From: an archaeon
GTDB taxonomy: Archaea > Hydrothermarchaeota > Hydrothermarchaeia > JALTZZ01
Assembly: GCA_027051165.1 (NCBI GenBank)
Contig: JALTZZ010000036.1
Coordinates: forward strand, 5,050 to 69,049
Direction: 5' to 3'
DNA: 64,000 nt
The position numbers and the translations under genes were made by a program. A model generated the notes under the pieces. It searched no databases. It saw only the letters and a list, made by a program, of their open reading frames with translations, and had not been told where the DNA came from. Within the stretch, counting starts at the first letter, position 1; every line of letters begins with the position of its first letter. Shown here piece by piece: positions 46,625 to 55,838 of this stretch.

Positions 46625-47113
46625 ATGTTTATAGCAAGGGATGAAATAATAAGGAGAATAAAGGAAGAAAAGCTGATTGAAAATGTGAGCATGGATGCTA
46701 TACAGCCAAGCGGGGTGGATTTGAGCATAGATAGACTCTATATAATGAAATCCCATTCAGCACTCTATAAAGATAAAAAAGAAATGCCAGAAATAGAAGA
46801 AGTAGTCTCCGACAGTTATGTTATAAAACCCAAAGAATATTATCTCTTCAGAACAAAGGAATGGATAAACATGCCGAAAGATCTTGTTGCGTTTATATTT
46901 CCAAGATCAACGATATTTAGGTGCGGTGTTTCGCTGAGAACTGCGGTGGTTGACCCAGGTTATAAAGGATATCTAACTGTAGGAATAAAAAATGAGGGTA
47001 ATCATGTATTTAAACTTGAAAGACATGCAAGAGTTGCACAGATAGTTTTTGCAAAGGTTTTCGGAAATGCGAGCCTTTACAACGGTAGCTATCAGTTTGG
47101 AAAAATTGTATAA
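46625..47113 (+). CDS. Trimeric dUTPase / dCTP deaminase family protein
   Basis: IQPSGVDL, PRSTIFRCG, VVDPGYKG, RVAQIVF, YNGSYQ. Confidence 0.85.
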   Translation: MFIARDEIIRRIKEEKLIENVSMDAIQPSGVDLSIDRLYIMKSHSALYKDKKEMPEIEEVVSDSYVIKPKEYYLFRTKEWINMPKDLVAFIFPRSTIFRCGVSLRTAVVDPGYKGYLTVGIKNEGNHVFKLERHARVAQIVFAKVFGNASLYNGSYQFGKIV

Positions 47114-47123
47114 TGGTGGTGAA

Positions 47124-47723
47124 ATGAAGGTTGCAATAATAGACTATGGATTGGGAAACCTGATGAGTGTTAAAAAAGCTTTTGAACATTTTAATATTGA
47201 AGTATTGATAACAAAGGAAGAAAAAGTAATTAAAGAATGTGATGCAATCGTTCTGCCAGGGGTAGGTGCATTTTCCGATGCTGTTAAAAATATATCCCCG
47301 CTAAAGGATGTTGTCATAAGCGAAGCTGAAGAAAAGCCTATTTTGGGCATATGCTTAGGTTTACAGCTCTTATTTACATTAAGCGAGGAAGATGGACTGC
47401 ACAGAGGATTAAACCTAATAAAAGGTATTGTTAAGAGGCTTCCAGAAGGAATAAAGGTTCCTCATATGGGATGGAACAGCATAACCATAGAAAAGCAGAA
47501 CGAAATAGTTGATGGAATAAAAAGCGGAGATTACTTCTACTTCGTTCATTCTTACTATGCAGAGCCAGAGGAAAGCGTTGTTGTTGCATCCTGCGAATAT
47601 GGAGTTAAGTTCCCAGCAATTATAGCGGATAGAAACATATACGCTACGCAATTTCACCCAGAAAAGAGCGGTAAAAAGGGGCTAAAAATTATTGAAAACT
47701 TTATAAAAATTGCAAGAAAATGA
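47124..47723 (+). CDS. hisH: Imidazole glycerol phosphate synthase, glutamine amidotransferase subunit
   Basis: IDYGLGNL, LPGVGAF, LGICLGLQ, VPHMGWN, YFVHSY, QFHPEKSG. Confidence 0.96.
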   Translation: MKVAIIDYGLGNLMSVKKAFEHFNIEVLITKEEKVIKECDAIVLPGVGAFSDAVKNISPLKDVVISEAEEKPILGICLGLQLLFTLSEEDGLHRGLNLIKGIVKRLPEGIKVPHMGWNSITIEKQNEIVDGIKSGDYFYFVHSYYAEPEESVVVASCEYGVKFPAIIADRNIYATQFHPEKSGKKGLKIIENFIKIARK

Positions 47724-47735
47724 GAGGTATACGCT

Positions 47736-48071
47736 ATGAAAATTATATTTTTAAAAAAAGCACTTCCAAAGCCAGATGGATGTTGCGGGATAGAAGTTGA
47801 GGATGAAAGTATAGACATCGAGAAGAATATTCTTGATTTTTTAAGAAAAACAAGCGAAGAAGGAAGATTGTGGGTTAATACTATAAATGTATACGAGGAG
47901 CTCGGTGGAAGAAGGAAGCTGATCGTTTACAACTTTCCAAACAACATAAAAATCGCAGAGAAATATAAGATTAAGCTACCAGCTTTAATTATTGAGGATG
48001 AAGTTATAGAGGAAATAGATGAGAAAAAGCTTAAAGCTGTTTATAAAAAAATCGAAAAACCCGAGCGTTAA
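47736..48071 (+). CDS. Small thioredoxin-fold protein with vicinal CC (ArsD-like)
   Basis: DGCCG and KLPALIIEDEV. Confidence 0.45.
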   Translation: MKIIFLKKALPKPDGCCGIEVEDESIDIEKNILDFLRKTSEEGRLWVNTINVYEELGGRRKLIVYNFPNNIKIAEKYKIKLPALIIEDEVIEEIDEKKLKAVYKKIEKPER

Positions 48072-48083
48072 AAGGGATCGAAA

Positions 48084-48848
48084 ATGAAAAAAATAGAAGA
48101 ATATGTTAAAAACATTAAAAATGCAATTATAGAAGCTGTGAGACTTGACACAGAAGGTATCGAAAGAGTAGGGGTGCTGTTTTCCTCCGGATTGGATAGC
48201 TCAATTATAGCAAAAGCCTGTGAGCTTATTGGCAAGAAGACAACACTTTACTGCGTTGGAACGGTTAAGTCAAAAGATTTTGAGTATGCTACAAAAGCAG
48301 TTGCATACATAAATGCGGATTTAAAGATAATAGAACTTCGCGAAGAAGACATAGAAAAACTTTCTCGGGAAGTTTTAAAATTTATACCTAAAAAAACACC
48401 AATGGATATCTCCATAGCACTTGGTGTTTATGCATCCTGTAAGGTTGCAGATGAGAAGCTCATGCTTTCTGGACAAGGTGCAGATGAGCTTTTTGCTGGC
48501 TACTATAGATATTTAAGAGCTGATTTAAAAGGTTTAAATGAAATCCTCAGGAAAGATTTTGAAAAACTGATAAACGATGATTTGGTGAGAGATAGACTCG
48601 CAGCTGAACATGCGGGCAAGATACTGAAAGCACCGTATACGAGAATATCAGAAGTAGCTTTTAACATTCCTCCAGAATATAAGATATTTGACGGAAAAAG
48701 GAAATATATATTGAGGCTTGTTGGAAAAGATTTGGGATTGCCTGAGTTTATATACGAGAGGGAGAAAAAAGCCATGCAATATTCTACGGGGATTGAAAAA
48801 ATTGTTAAAAAACTTATAAAAACTGGAAAATTAAATGCTCTGTTGTAA
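48084..48848 (+). CDS. Asparagine synthetase C-terminal (ATP-pyrophosphatase) domain protein
   Basis: VLFSSGLDSS, LSGQGADELFAGY, REKKAMQYSTG; no N-terminal glutaminase domain. Confidence 0.82.
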   Translation: MKKIEEYVKNIKNAIIEAVRLDTEGIERVGVLFSSGLDSSIIAKACELIGKKTTLYCVGTVKSKDFEYATKAVAYINADLKIIELREEDIEKLSREVLKFIPKKTPMDISIALGVYASCKVADEKLMLSGQGADELFAGYYRYLRADLKGLNEILRKDFEKLINDDLVRDRLAAEHAGKILKAPYTRISEVAFNIPPEYKIFDGKRKYILRLVGKDLGLPEFIYEREKKAMQYSTGIEKIVKKLIKTGKLNALL

Positions 48849-48888
48849 GTTTAATATCTTTATGATGTTATTTCATTGATAAATTTTT

Positions 48889-49416
48889 ATGGAAATCATC
48901 GAAGCACTTGAAAGAGATGAGGAGCTCAGGAAAAGACTTACAAAGCTCATAGTTTCAGAGATCGTTTTGGACCCCGAGCTCAAGCTTCTTCTTGTTGAAA
49001 AAAGCCTTAAAACCCTTGCAACGAAAAACGATATCAAAGATCTGAGAAATGAGATTAAAGATGTAGAAGAAAGACTTAGAAAAGAGATCAATGAAGCGGA
49101 AAACAGATTAAGAAATGAGATTAAAGATGTAGAAAACAAATTAAGAAACGAGATTAAAGAAGTGGAAAACAGATTAAGAAACGAAATCAAAGACGTAGAA
49201 AACAAATTAAGAAATGAAATAAAAAATACGGAGGAAAGGCTTAAAAGTTATGTAGATGCGAGATTCGATGCTTTGAACAAGAGGATTGATGATATGAACA
49301 AGAGGATGGACGATTTGAACAAGAGGATAGATGATCTCTTCAAGGTTGTTTCGGCAACGCTTATCGCTATAGTTGTTGGGATAGTTGGCTTGTTTGTTTC
49401 GAAAATTTTCATTTAA
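48889..49416 (+). CDS. Coiled-coil 11-residue repeat protein with C-terminal membrane anchor (DUF1640/Bdr-like)
   Basis: LATKNDIKDL followed by LRNEIKDVENK-type repeats, DARF..RIDD heptads and a hydrophobic tail. Confidence 0.65.
   Translation: MEIIEALERDEELRKRLTKLIVSEIVLDPELKLLLVEKSLKTLATKNDIKDLRNEIKDVEERLRKEINEAENRLRNEIKDVENKLRNEIKEVENRLRNEIKDVENKLRNEIKNTEERLKSYVDARFDALNKRIDDMNKRMDDLNKRIDDLFKVVSATLIAIVVGIVGLFVSKIFI
49042..49239 (+). repeat. Six imperfect 33-bp coding tandem repeats
   Basis: Units such as ttaagaaatgagattaaagatgtagaaaacaaa and ttaagaaacgagattaaagaagtggaaaacaga. Confidence 0.85.
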
Positions 49417-49433
49417 TGAAAACTTGCAGCATA

Positions 49434-49599
49434 GAGGTTTGTTGAGAAATCGTAATTGTGTTATAATTAAGTTTTCCTTGCTTTCATCTTTCCTTAATCT
49501 CTACTATCTATCAATGAAAAGTTAAAAATTTTATAGTTATTTAAAAATCATGATAATTCATGATTATGCCATAATTGTAATTATTTCTCAACAAACCTG
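49434..49599. mobile_element. MITE-like element (~166 bp) with 16-bp terminal inverted repeats
   Basis: AGGTTTGTTGAGAAAT (49435-49450) is the exact reverse complement of ATTTCTCAACAAACCT (49583-49598). Flanked by (C/T)AGCATA; AT-rich non-coding interior. Confidence 0.75.
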
Positions 49600-49647
49600 T
49601 AGCATAGCAGAAATTAAAAATAAACGTTAATGTTTAACAGTTTCTTG

Positions 49648-50931
49648 ATGAGACTCTACGTAGGCTTGGATGACACAGATTCAAGCAAGGGGATGTGCAC
49701 AACATACATAGCGACACTAATAGTTGAGAGAACGTCTAAATATGCTGATCTTGTTGAAGCAAGGCTTATCAGGCTTAATCCCAACATAAAATTTAAAACA
49801 AGGGGAAATGGTAGTATTTGCTTAATTTTTGATGTAAAAAAGAAGAATATTGATAAAATAAAAGAAATAGTTATAGAAACTGTTAAAGAATATGCAATGC
49901 TTGATGATGAAAACACAAATCCGGGAATAGCTTTTTATACTGGTGAAATTACTGAAGAACTAAGAAAATTTTATGAAAAAGCATTAAAAGATGTCGTTGA
50001 TATTAAGGAAGCTGAAAAAATTGCGAAAAAGCATGGAATAGAGATTCACAAGTTTAAAAAGGGTTTAGGAATTATAGGAGCAATAGCTGCAATAGGTAGC
50101 GATCTAAGGGATTATACCTATGAGCTTATCGCATACAGAAAAAAAGAAAACTGGGGGAAACCAAGAAAAATTGATGAAGAGAGTGTTTACAGAATGGATT
50201 CTCTAACGTTTCCTTTAACGTTTAACAATGTTGACAGGGAAAACGAAACCGTTTTGATAGCTCCCCACACGCCATGTCCGGTTTTATATGGTATAAGAGG
50301 AGAAAATGTCGAAATATTAAAAATAGCGAGTGAAATGGTAAAAGTTTATGAAGATATTGATAGAGTAATGATATTTAAGACGAATCAGGGGACAGATGCA
50401 CATATAGCAGAGGTAAAAATAAAGGATGCAAAGCCCTATAGCTCGGTAGCTGTTGTGGGCTTTGTTGAAGAAGAACCTAAAACCATTGAGGGCGGGCATG
50501 TTATATTTAAGATAAGAGATGAGACTGGTAGCATATATTGTGCTGCATACGAACCAACAAAAAGCTTTAGAAAAATTGTAAAAAAACTTTTTGTAGGGGA
50601 TAAAGTAAAGGTATATGGAGGAGTGAGAAATTTAAACGGAAAATTAACAATAAATCTCGAAAAAATTGAAATTTTAAAAGTTTCAGATGTTTATGAATAC
50701 AGGAACCCCAAGTGCCCAATATGCGGAAAAAGAATGAAGTCGGCTGGAAAAAATCAAGGATATAGATGCAAGAGATGCAAAACAAAGGCTTATGAAAAGG
50801 AAAAAATAAAAATTAAGAGAGATCTGAAAGAAGGAATATACTCGGTGCCGCCAGTGGCTATGAGACATCTGAGCAAGCCCCTCTATAGATTTAGTAAAGG
50901 TGAGCTTGGTGATAACGATATATCCCATTAG
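49648..50931 (+). CDS. tiaS: tRNA(Ile2) agmatinylcytidine synthetase
   Basis: GLDDTDSSKGMCTTY, RLNPNIKFKTRGNG, PHTPCPVLYGIRG, TNQGTDAH, CAAYEPT, zinc ribbon CPICG..CKRC. Confidence 0.94.
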   Translation: MRLYVGLDDTDSSKGMCTTYIATLIVERTSKYADLVEARLIRLNPNIKFKTRGNGSICLIFDVKKKNIDKIKEIVIETVKEYAMLDDENTNPGIAFYTGEITEELRKFYEKALKDVVDIKEAEKIAKKHGIEIHKFKKGLGIIGAIAAIGSDLRDYTYELIAYRKKENWGKPRKIDEESVYRMDSLTFPLTFNNVDRENETVLIAPHTPCPVLYGIRGENVEILKIASEMVKVYEDIDRVMIFKTNQGTDAHIAEVKIKDAKPYSSVAVVGFVEEEPKTIEGGHVIFKIRDETGSIYCAAYEPTKSFRKIVKKLFVGDKVKVYGGVRNLNGKLTINLEKIEILKVSDVYEYRNPKCPICGKRMKSAGKNQGYRCKRCKTKAYEKEKIKIKRDLKEGIYSVPPVAMRHLSKPLYRFSKGELGDNDISH

Positions 50932-51691
50932 AGGAGTCCCACTAATTAAAGCTGGCGACAATATTGCGGAGATTATACTAAACTCTATTAATAAAAACGG
51001 TGTAGAGATCAGAGACAACGATATAATAGCGGTTACTGAAAAGATCGTTTCAAAAGCCGAAGGAAGGCTTGTAAAAATAAGCGAGATAGTTCCATCAAAA
51101 AAGGCTATAAAAATTGCAGAAAAACTTGACAAAGACCCAAGAATCGTTGAGCTTATTTTGAGGGAGAGCAAAAACATAGTTGCTCTGACGGAAAACTTTA
51201 TAATTGTTGAAACGAAGCACGGGTTTATATGTGCAAATGCCGGAATAGATGAGAGCAACGTGGAGCACGGATATGTAAAACTCCTGCCAAAAGATCCGGA
51301 TAGAAGTGCAGACAACATAAGAAGATATATCGAAAAAAATACGGGAAAAAAAGTGGGTGTTATAATTGTTGATTCCTTTGGAAGACCGTTCAGAAACGGT
51401 AGCGTAGGCGTTGCACTCGGTGCAAGCGGAATAATAACGCTGTGGGATAGAAGAGGAGATAAGGATCTTTACGGAAAAGTCCTGAAGGTTACGAGAGTAG
51501 CTGTTGCAGATTGCTTAGCCAGCATTGCCTGCTTAGTTTTTGGAGAAGCCAATGAAAAAATTCCAGTTGCGGTTATTAGGGGTTTCAGATTTTTAGGTAG
51601 AGGAAAGGCTAAGGATCTGATAAGAGAAAAAAATGATTTTTTCAAAGAAGTTGCACTAAATTTCACGAAAGAACTTGATATCAAAAAATAA
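50900..51691 (+). CDS. cofE: Coenzyme F420-0:L-glutamate ligase
   Basis: EKIVSKAEGR, ICANAGIDESN, LLPKDPDRSA, DSFGRPFR, GDKDLYG. Confidence 0.93.
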   Translation: MSLVITIYPIRGVPLIKAGDNIAEIILNSINKNGVEIRDNDIIAVTEKIVSKAEGRLVKISEIVPSKKAIKIAEKLDKDPRIVELILRESKNIVALTENFIIVETKHGFICANAGIDESNVEHGYVKLLPKDPDRSADNIRRYIEKNTGKKVGVIIVDSFGRPFRNGSVGVALGASGIITLWDRRGDKDLYGKVLKVTRVAVADCLASIACLVFGEANEKIPVAVIRGFRFLGRGKAKDLIREKNDFFKEVALNFTKELDIKK

Positions 51692-51724
51692 CCCTCTTGC
51701 AGAGTCATGACTCAGCAAGGGATT
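51683..51724. repeat. Palindromic repeat, copy A
   Basis: AAAAAATAACCCTCTTGCA is identical to 52835-52853; it continues GAGTCATGACTC (perfect palindrome) AGCAAGGG and contains the cofE stop codon. Confidence 0.65.
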
Positions 51725-52694
51725 GAAGCTTTTCCTTTGTATTAAATCCCATAGATACGAGCATGCCCAATAAAAGGACGCATAAAGCTGTGAACTTTGC
51801 TACGGAACGTTTAGAATATCTGTGTAAGTTCTTTAAAGAGAGAGAATTTTTGAGAACCTTGAACAGATCTTTGATAACGCTTTTAACAGCTTTAAATTCC
51901 TTCCAAGAGCTCAAGAAGCTCTTAAAAGAGGAAAAGAATCTATCATAAAGCCTCTTTATCCTTAAGGGCTTTAAAGGGGTAAGTAAATCTTCCCTTAATC
52001 CTTTTAACGTTAAGATTTCTCTTAGGAAATATGAAAGGGAGAATTTTATAGTGCATAATGCTCCTCCAGTAGTTTTTCTGAGCACAGAATCCTTTATCTG
52101 CTATTATCTTGTCTCCTTTTCTCAGAATTCTCCTTCTCTTAAGGTCTTTAACGATTTTAAGGAAGAGCTTTGAGTCGTTTGGCGAGCCTTCGTATAGATA
52201 AAAGCCTACTGGTTTTAAGGAAGGATATTCTACGACTAAAGCTAATTTATAGTCTTTATAGAACCCTTTGCCTGGAGCATAGCCCCATTTATACTCAATT
52301 TTTTGCTCTCTGAACAGATTTAAGTCAAGCTTTATATCGGTAGTATCGAGGAGCTTTACCGAGCTCCTCGTCCTTCTTTTGCTTAACCTGTTTATAACTG
52401 ATAAAAGCTTTATGAACTGATCTTCGCTGAATCTGCTGAGGAAGCTGTATATCTCATCTGCAGAAGGAATCTCTGCAACTCTAACGACTCTTCTAAGCTC
52501 TTCATTCCTTTTAAGCTCCTCTATCAGTTACGCTTCTCTCAAAGAATATCGCTGTTATCGTTACTCTAAGCATCATCTTCAGGTTTTATCCCTGCTTTAG
52601 CCAGCTCTTTCTTTACAACTCTTCTGTCAAAAAGATTTGTTTGAAATTCCTCCATGTTGAATGTCTTAAATCTGGGATTAGAGGTTGTTTCATG
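51705..52694 (-). pseudogene. IS4/IS5-superfamily DDE transposase pseudogene (multiple stops and frameshifts)
   Basis: Minus-strand pieces: KLLDTTDIKLDL, KWGY..KGFYKDYKLALVVEYPSLKP..GSPNDSK, IIADKGF, KDLFKVLKNSLSLKNLHRY. Confidence 0.8.
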
Positions 52695-52834
52695 CCTATC
52701 ACCGGAGAAAGGGTTAATATCCCTTCCCCTATATAAATCTTTCTGCGTTCCGTCTGGAAAATTTTGCTTTGTTTCTAATGTAAACGTCCTTTTATAAGAA
52801 TGAAGAGTTTCTCTTGGAAAATTTGTTTTTATAG

Positions 52835-52880
52835 AAAAAATAACCCTCTTGCATCACTCATCTCACAAGGGGGGTTATTA
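52835..52880. repeat. Palindromic repeat, copy B
   Basis: TAACCCTCTTGCATCACTCATCTCACAAGGGGGGTTATTA; near-identical to the reverse complement of 58261-58300. Confidence 0.75.
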
Positions 52881-53134
52881 TCCCTTATAAAAAGACTTCT
52901 TATCCCAAGAGACTCTACCCCTTCGATGAAAAGAAATACAGGCAGAGAGGTGTTGGCGAAGGTGTATTTAGCGCCTTAAAGAGGAAAAAGATCAAGAACA
53001 TGCTGAAAAGGATTTCCCCGTCGCCTATAACTTAATGAGAGTTAAAATCTTTGTCTCGCCAGCTTGCTGCCCTGCAAGCTGGCATAATATCTATGTGTAT
53101 GTTTGTGTCAAAATCTTGATTTCTCAACAAACTC
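52881..53134 (+). mobile_element. IS5-like transposase 3' remnant with terminal inverted repeat
   Basis: LYPFDEKKYRQRGVGEGVFSALKR; 10-bp hairpin GCCAGCTTGC/GCAAGCTGGC at 53058-53083; ATTTCTCAACAAAC at 53119-53132 matches the MITE TIR. Confidence 0.65.
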
Positions 53135-53337
53135 CTTCGCTCCAATGCTTTATGTTGCAGCTCAACAGAAGTAAATTTCTCCCATATTTCTGATAAACCA
53201 TCCTCCCAGTCGAATTTAAATTTCTTGGTTTTTTTACTCTTATACTTCTTTAATAGAAACTCTATATAATCTAAAACTTCCCTCTTTAAATCTTCTGGAA
53301 GCTCTCTTATTTTCAATTCAATTTCTTTTTCATACAT
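53032..53337 (-). pseudogene. DUF2281-family antitoxin-like gene whose 3' end runs into the IS terminus
   Basis: MYEKEIELKIRELPEDLKREVLDYIEFLLKK..FDWEDGL..SVELQHKALE; the frame continues into TIR sequence at about 53134. Confidence 0.7.
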
Positions 53338-53478
53338 AGTTGATACATTAAGCTTGCCCTCGGCAAAAATATTCACTTTGATATGAAAACATTTGCAGAA
53401 AATAAAGTAAAGGTATAGAATGCAAAAAAGTAGGATAATAAGCGATTCCACTGCCGACAAGCATTCACATGTTGTTAG

Positions 53479-55824
53479 TCATGTAGTAAGCTTTCTGTAT
53501 ATCTCTGGGAGCTTTCTCGGAAGCTTTTCAACGTTGTCAAGGATTATGTAGCCTACTTCGCCGAACATTCTATGTATGTATTTGTTGGCTTCTTTATCAA
53601 TCGTTATGCAGAAGGGCTTTATTCCCTTTTGCTTGGCTTCTATTAAGGCTTTTCTTGTATCTTCTATGCCGTGGTCTCCCTTATATTCATCGTAGTCCTC
53701 CGGTTTTCCGTCTGTTATAAGTATGAGAAGCTTAAGTCTCGCATCTGTTTCATCAAGGAGCTTTGTAACGTGCCTTATTGCCGGACCCATCCTCGTGTAG
53801 TCTAAAGCATCCATGCCAGCTATTCTTCTCTTAACATCATCGTTAAAGTCTTCATCAAACTTCTTTATTATATAAAATTCGCACTGCTTCCTTGTCTTTG
53901 ATGTAAATCCGAATATTCCGTATTTATCTCCGAGAATTTCGAGGGCTTCGCAGAGAAGAATTAGTGCCTCCTTTTCGGTTTCTATAACCCAGCCAGCAGT
54001 AGAGCCGCTCATGTCAACGAGAAAGGCTACAGCTATATCCCTTTCCCTCTTAAAGTTCCTTATGTATATATCTTCTCTTGGCGAAATACCTGCCTTCATA
54101 TCGGTAAAAGCCTCAACAAATGCATCTATATCTATTACATCTCCATCTTTCTGTTTTTTAAGCTTTTTATAGTCCATTCTGAGCATTTCAAACTGCTTCT
54201 TTATGTTTTCAACCAAGGCTCTGTGCTTCTTTATTGTCCTTTCGTAGAAGCTTAAAGAACCCTTCTTCATTTCCATCTCCTTTAAAGCACACCACTTAAC
54301 TCTGTAGCTGTTTAACTTGTAGTCCCACTCATCGTAGAGGATTGCATTTTCGATATCTTCTTTAGTTAAGCTTACTTGGATGTTGTTCTCAGGAGTTTTT
54401 ATGTTTGCCCTTATTTTTCTCCCAGTATCGTGGAGAACTTTTATAAACATGTTTGGATCAAGCTTCTTTCCAGCAAGCTTCTTCTCTATCTCCTTTATAA
54501 CTTCATCTATCATTTCATCGTCAAATTCCATCTTTATTCTAAAAAGGAAGTCTGTTATTCCCTCTGTATAGTAGAGCGGGTCTATAAGCTTATCCATATC
54601 GCTCTGTATTTGGGAATTTATCTCAGGCAATTCCTTTATATCAAAATCCTCAAATATCTCCTCTAAAGCTTCTTTCAAATCATTTTTAAGCTCTCTAATT
54701 CCTATAGTAACTTTTTCTGGCATTATTTCACCTCTGTATGAAAACTTGAAGACATTTGTATATCCTTGGCTGTATTTGTCAAGTATCTCGTATATTCTCG
54801 CAGTTGCTCTTAAAACATCATATACATTTCCTTTTATAGCTTTTTTTGCAATTTCATAGATTTTTTCAAAATCTTCCTCCAATTTATCATTTATAAAATC
54901 CTTTACAGCCCTCTTTCCAAAGGTCAATGCTAAAAAGAGCATATATAATAGGCTTTCAACCTCATTCCTCGGAGTAAAACTTATCTTTTTAAACTCAAGC
55001 CTCTGTATCTCCTCCAAATCCCTCTTCAATCCCTTAAAATCCTTTTTGAGATTTCTCTCTATTCTCGCATCTTCAACTATGCTGAATATGTTTAAAGCAA
55101 GGTTTTTGTTTGGGAAAAGGTTAAAAAAGTTCTCAAAATCGCTTGCATCTTCCCTTAAGCCGTTACCATATTTTTTCTTCAGCTCATTTACCAAATCTTC
55201 AACATTTTCTAATCTAAAGAAGAATGTTCCGTAGACAAGCTGAGCATACTTATGGCTCGCCATAACCTTGTATAGCTTGAAGTTCAGCTCCTCATTTTCA
55301 AATAGGTCTATTCTTTTAGGAAGAAATATTGTTTTTCCGTTTGTATAGCAACCGTCAACACTCTCACTTATATTAAGCTCGTAACCGCTTAGTGCTTGGA
55401 GGTATAGGCTTAGGATATTCGATATTTCCTCGAGCTTTAATCCACAGGCAACCTTTTTAACGATTTCTTTTGTTAATCCCTTAAAATAATTTTTTCCTTC
55501 TTTTAAGTCTTTTTTTAGAATTTCATATCCTAAATCAACCCATTTTTTAAAATCTTCCTTTCCAAACACCTTAAGTGCTTGAGGAGCTGTTAAAAAATAA
55601 TAGAAGCCAGCATCACTATCCACTTCAGCTATCTTCTTTCCATGCTCGCATATAAAATCTATATCAATATCTTTCAGCTCTTTTAGTCCCGGAATAAGCT
55701 CTTCAATTGTTCTCTCGCCTTCTTTATATTGCTCACCAGCGTAACCAAGCTGATAAACAGGCTTTCCAAAGAAATTCTTTTTAAGTATTTTGAAAAGCTT
55801 CTGCCTAATCTCATCGGATTCCAT
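53479..55824 (-). CDS. NorD/CbbO-type von Willebrand A domain protein
   Basis: YTNGKTIFLP, EDARIE, LYDEWDY, MIDAS LVDMSGST, YTRMGPAIRH, LITDGKPED. Confidence 0.87.
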   Translation of the reverse strand: MESDEIRQKLFKILKKNFFGKPVYQLGYAGEQYKEGERTIEELIPGLKELKDIDIDFICEHGKKIAEVDSDAGFYYFLTAPQALKVFGKEDFKKWVDLGYEILKKDLKEGKNYFKGLTKEIVKKVACGLKLEEISNILSLYLQALSGYELNISESVDGCYTNGKTIFLPKRIDLFENEELNFKLYKVMASHKYAQLVYGTFFFRLENVEDLVNELKKKYGNGLREDASDFENFFNLFPNKNLALNIFSIVEDARIERNLKKDFKGLKRDLEEIQRLEFKKISFTPRNEVESLLYMLFLALTFGKRAVKDFINDKLEEDFEKIYEIAKKAIKGNVYDVLRATARIYEILDKYSQGYTNVFKFSYRGEIMPEKVTIGIRELKNDLKEALEEIFEDFDIKELPEINSQIQSDMDKLIDPLYYTEGITDFLFRIKMEFDDEMIDEVIKEIEKKLAGKKLDPNMFIKVLHDTGRKIRANIKTPENNIQVSLTKEDIENAILYDEWDYKLNSYRVKWCALKEMEMKKGSLSFYERTIKKHRALVENIKKQFEMLRMDYKKLKKQKDGDVIDIDAFVEAFTDMKAGISPREDIYIRNFKRERDIAVAFLVDMSGSTAGWVIETEKEALILLCEALEILGDKYGIFGFTSKTRKQCEFYIIKKFDEDFNDDVKRRIAGMDALDYTRMGPAIRHVTKLLDETDARLKLLILITDGKPEDYDEYKGDHGIEDTRKALIEAKQKGIKPFCITIDKEANKYIHRMFGEVGYIILDNVEKLPRKLPEIYRKLTT

Positions 55825-55838
55825 ACCAAGGGCTGAAA

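Noticed and set aside
48873-49239. Regular 33-bp periodicity as a possible CRISPR array, and the antisense ORF 48873-49205
   Set aside because: The units are contiguous, have no unique spacers and keep a coiled-coil reading frame on +. The minus ORF is just its shadow.
53085-53134. DFDTNIHID resembling the start of a PIN toxin fused to DUF2281
   Set aside because: The segment overlaps and adjoins the IS terminal inverted repeat, so it is more simply element-derived sequence.
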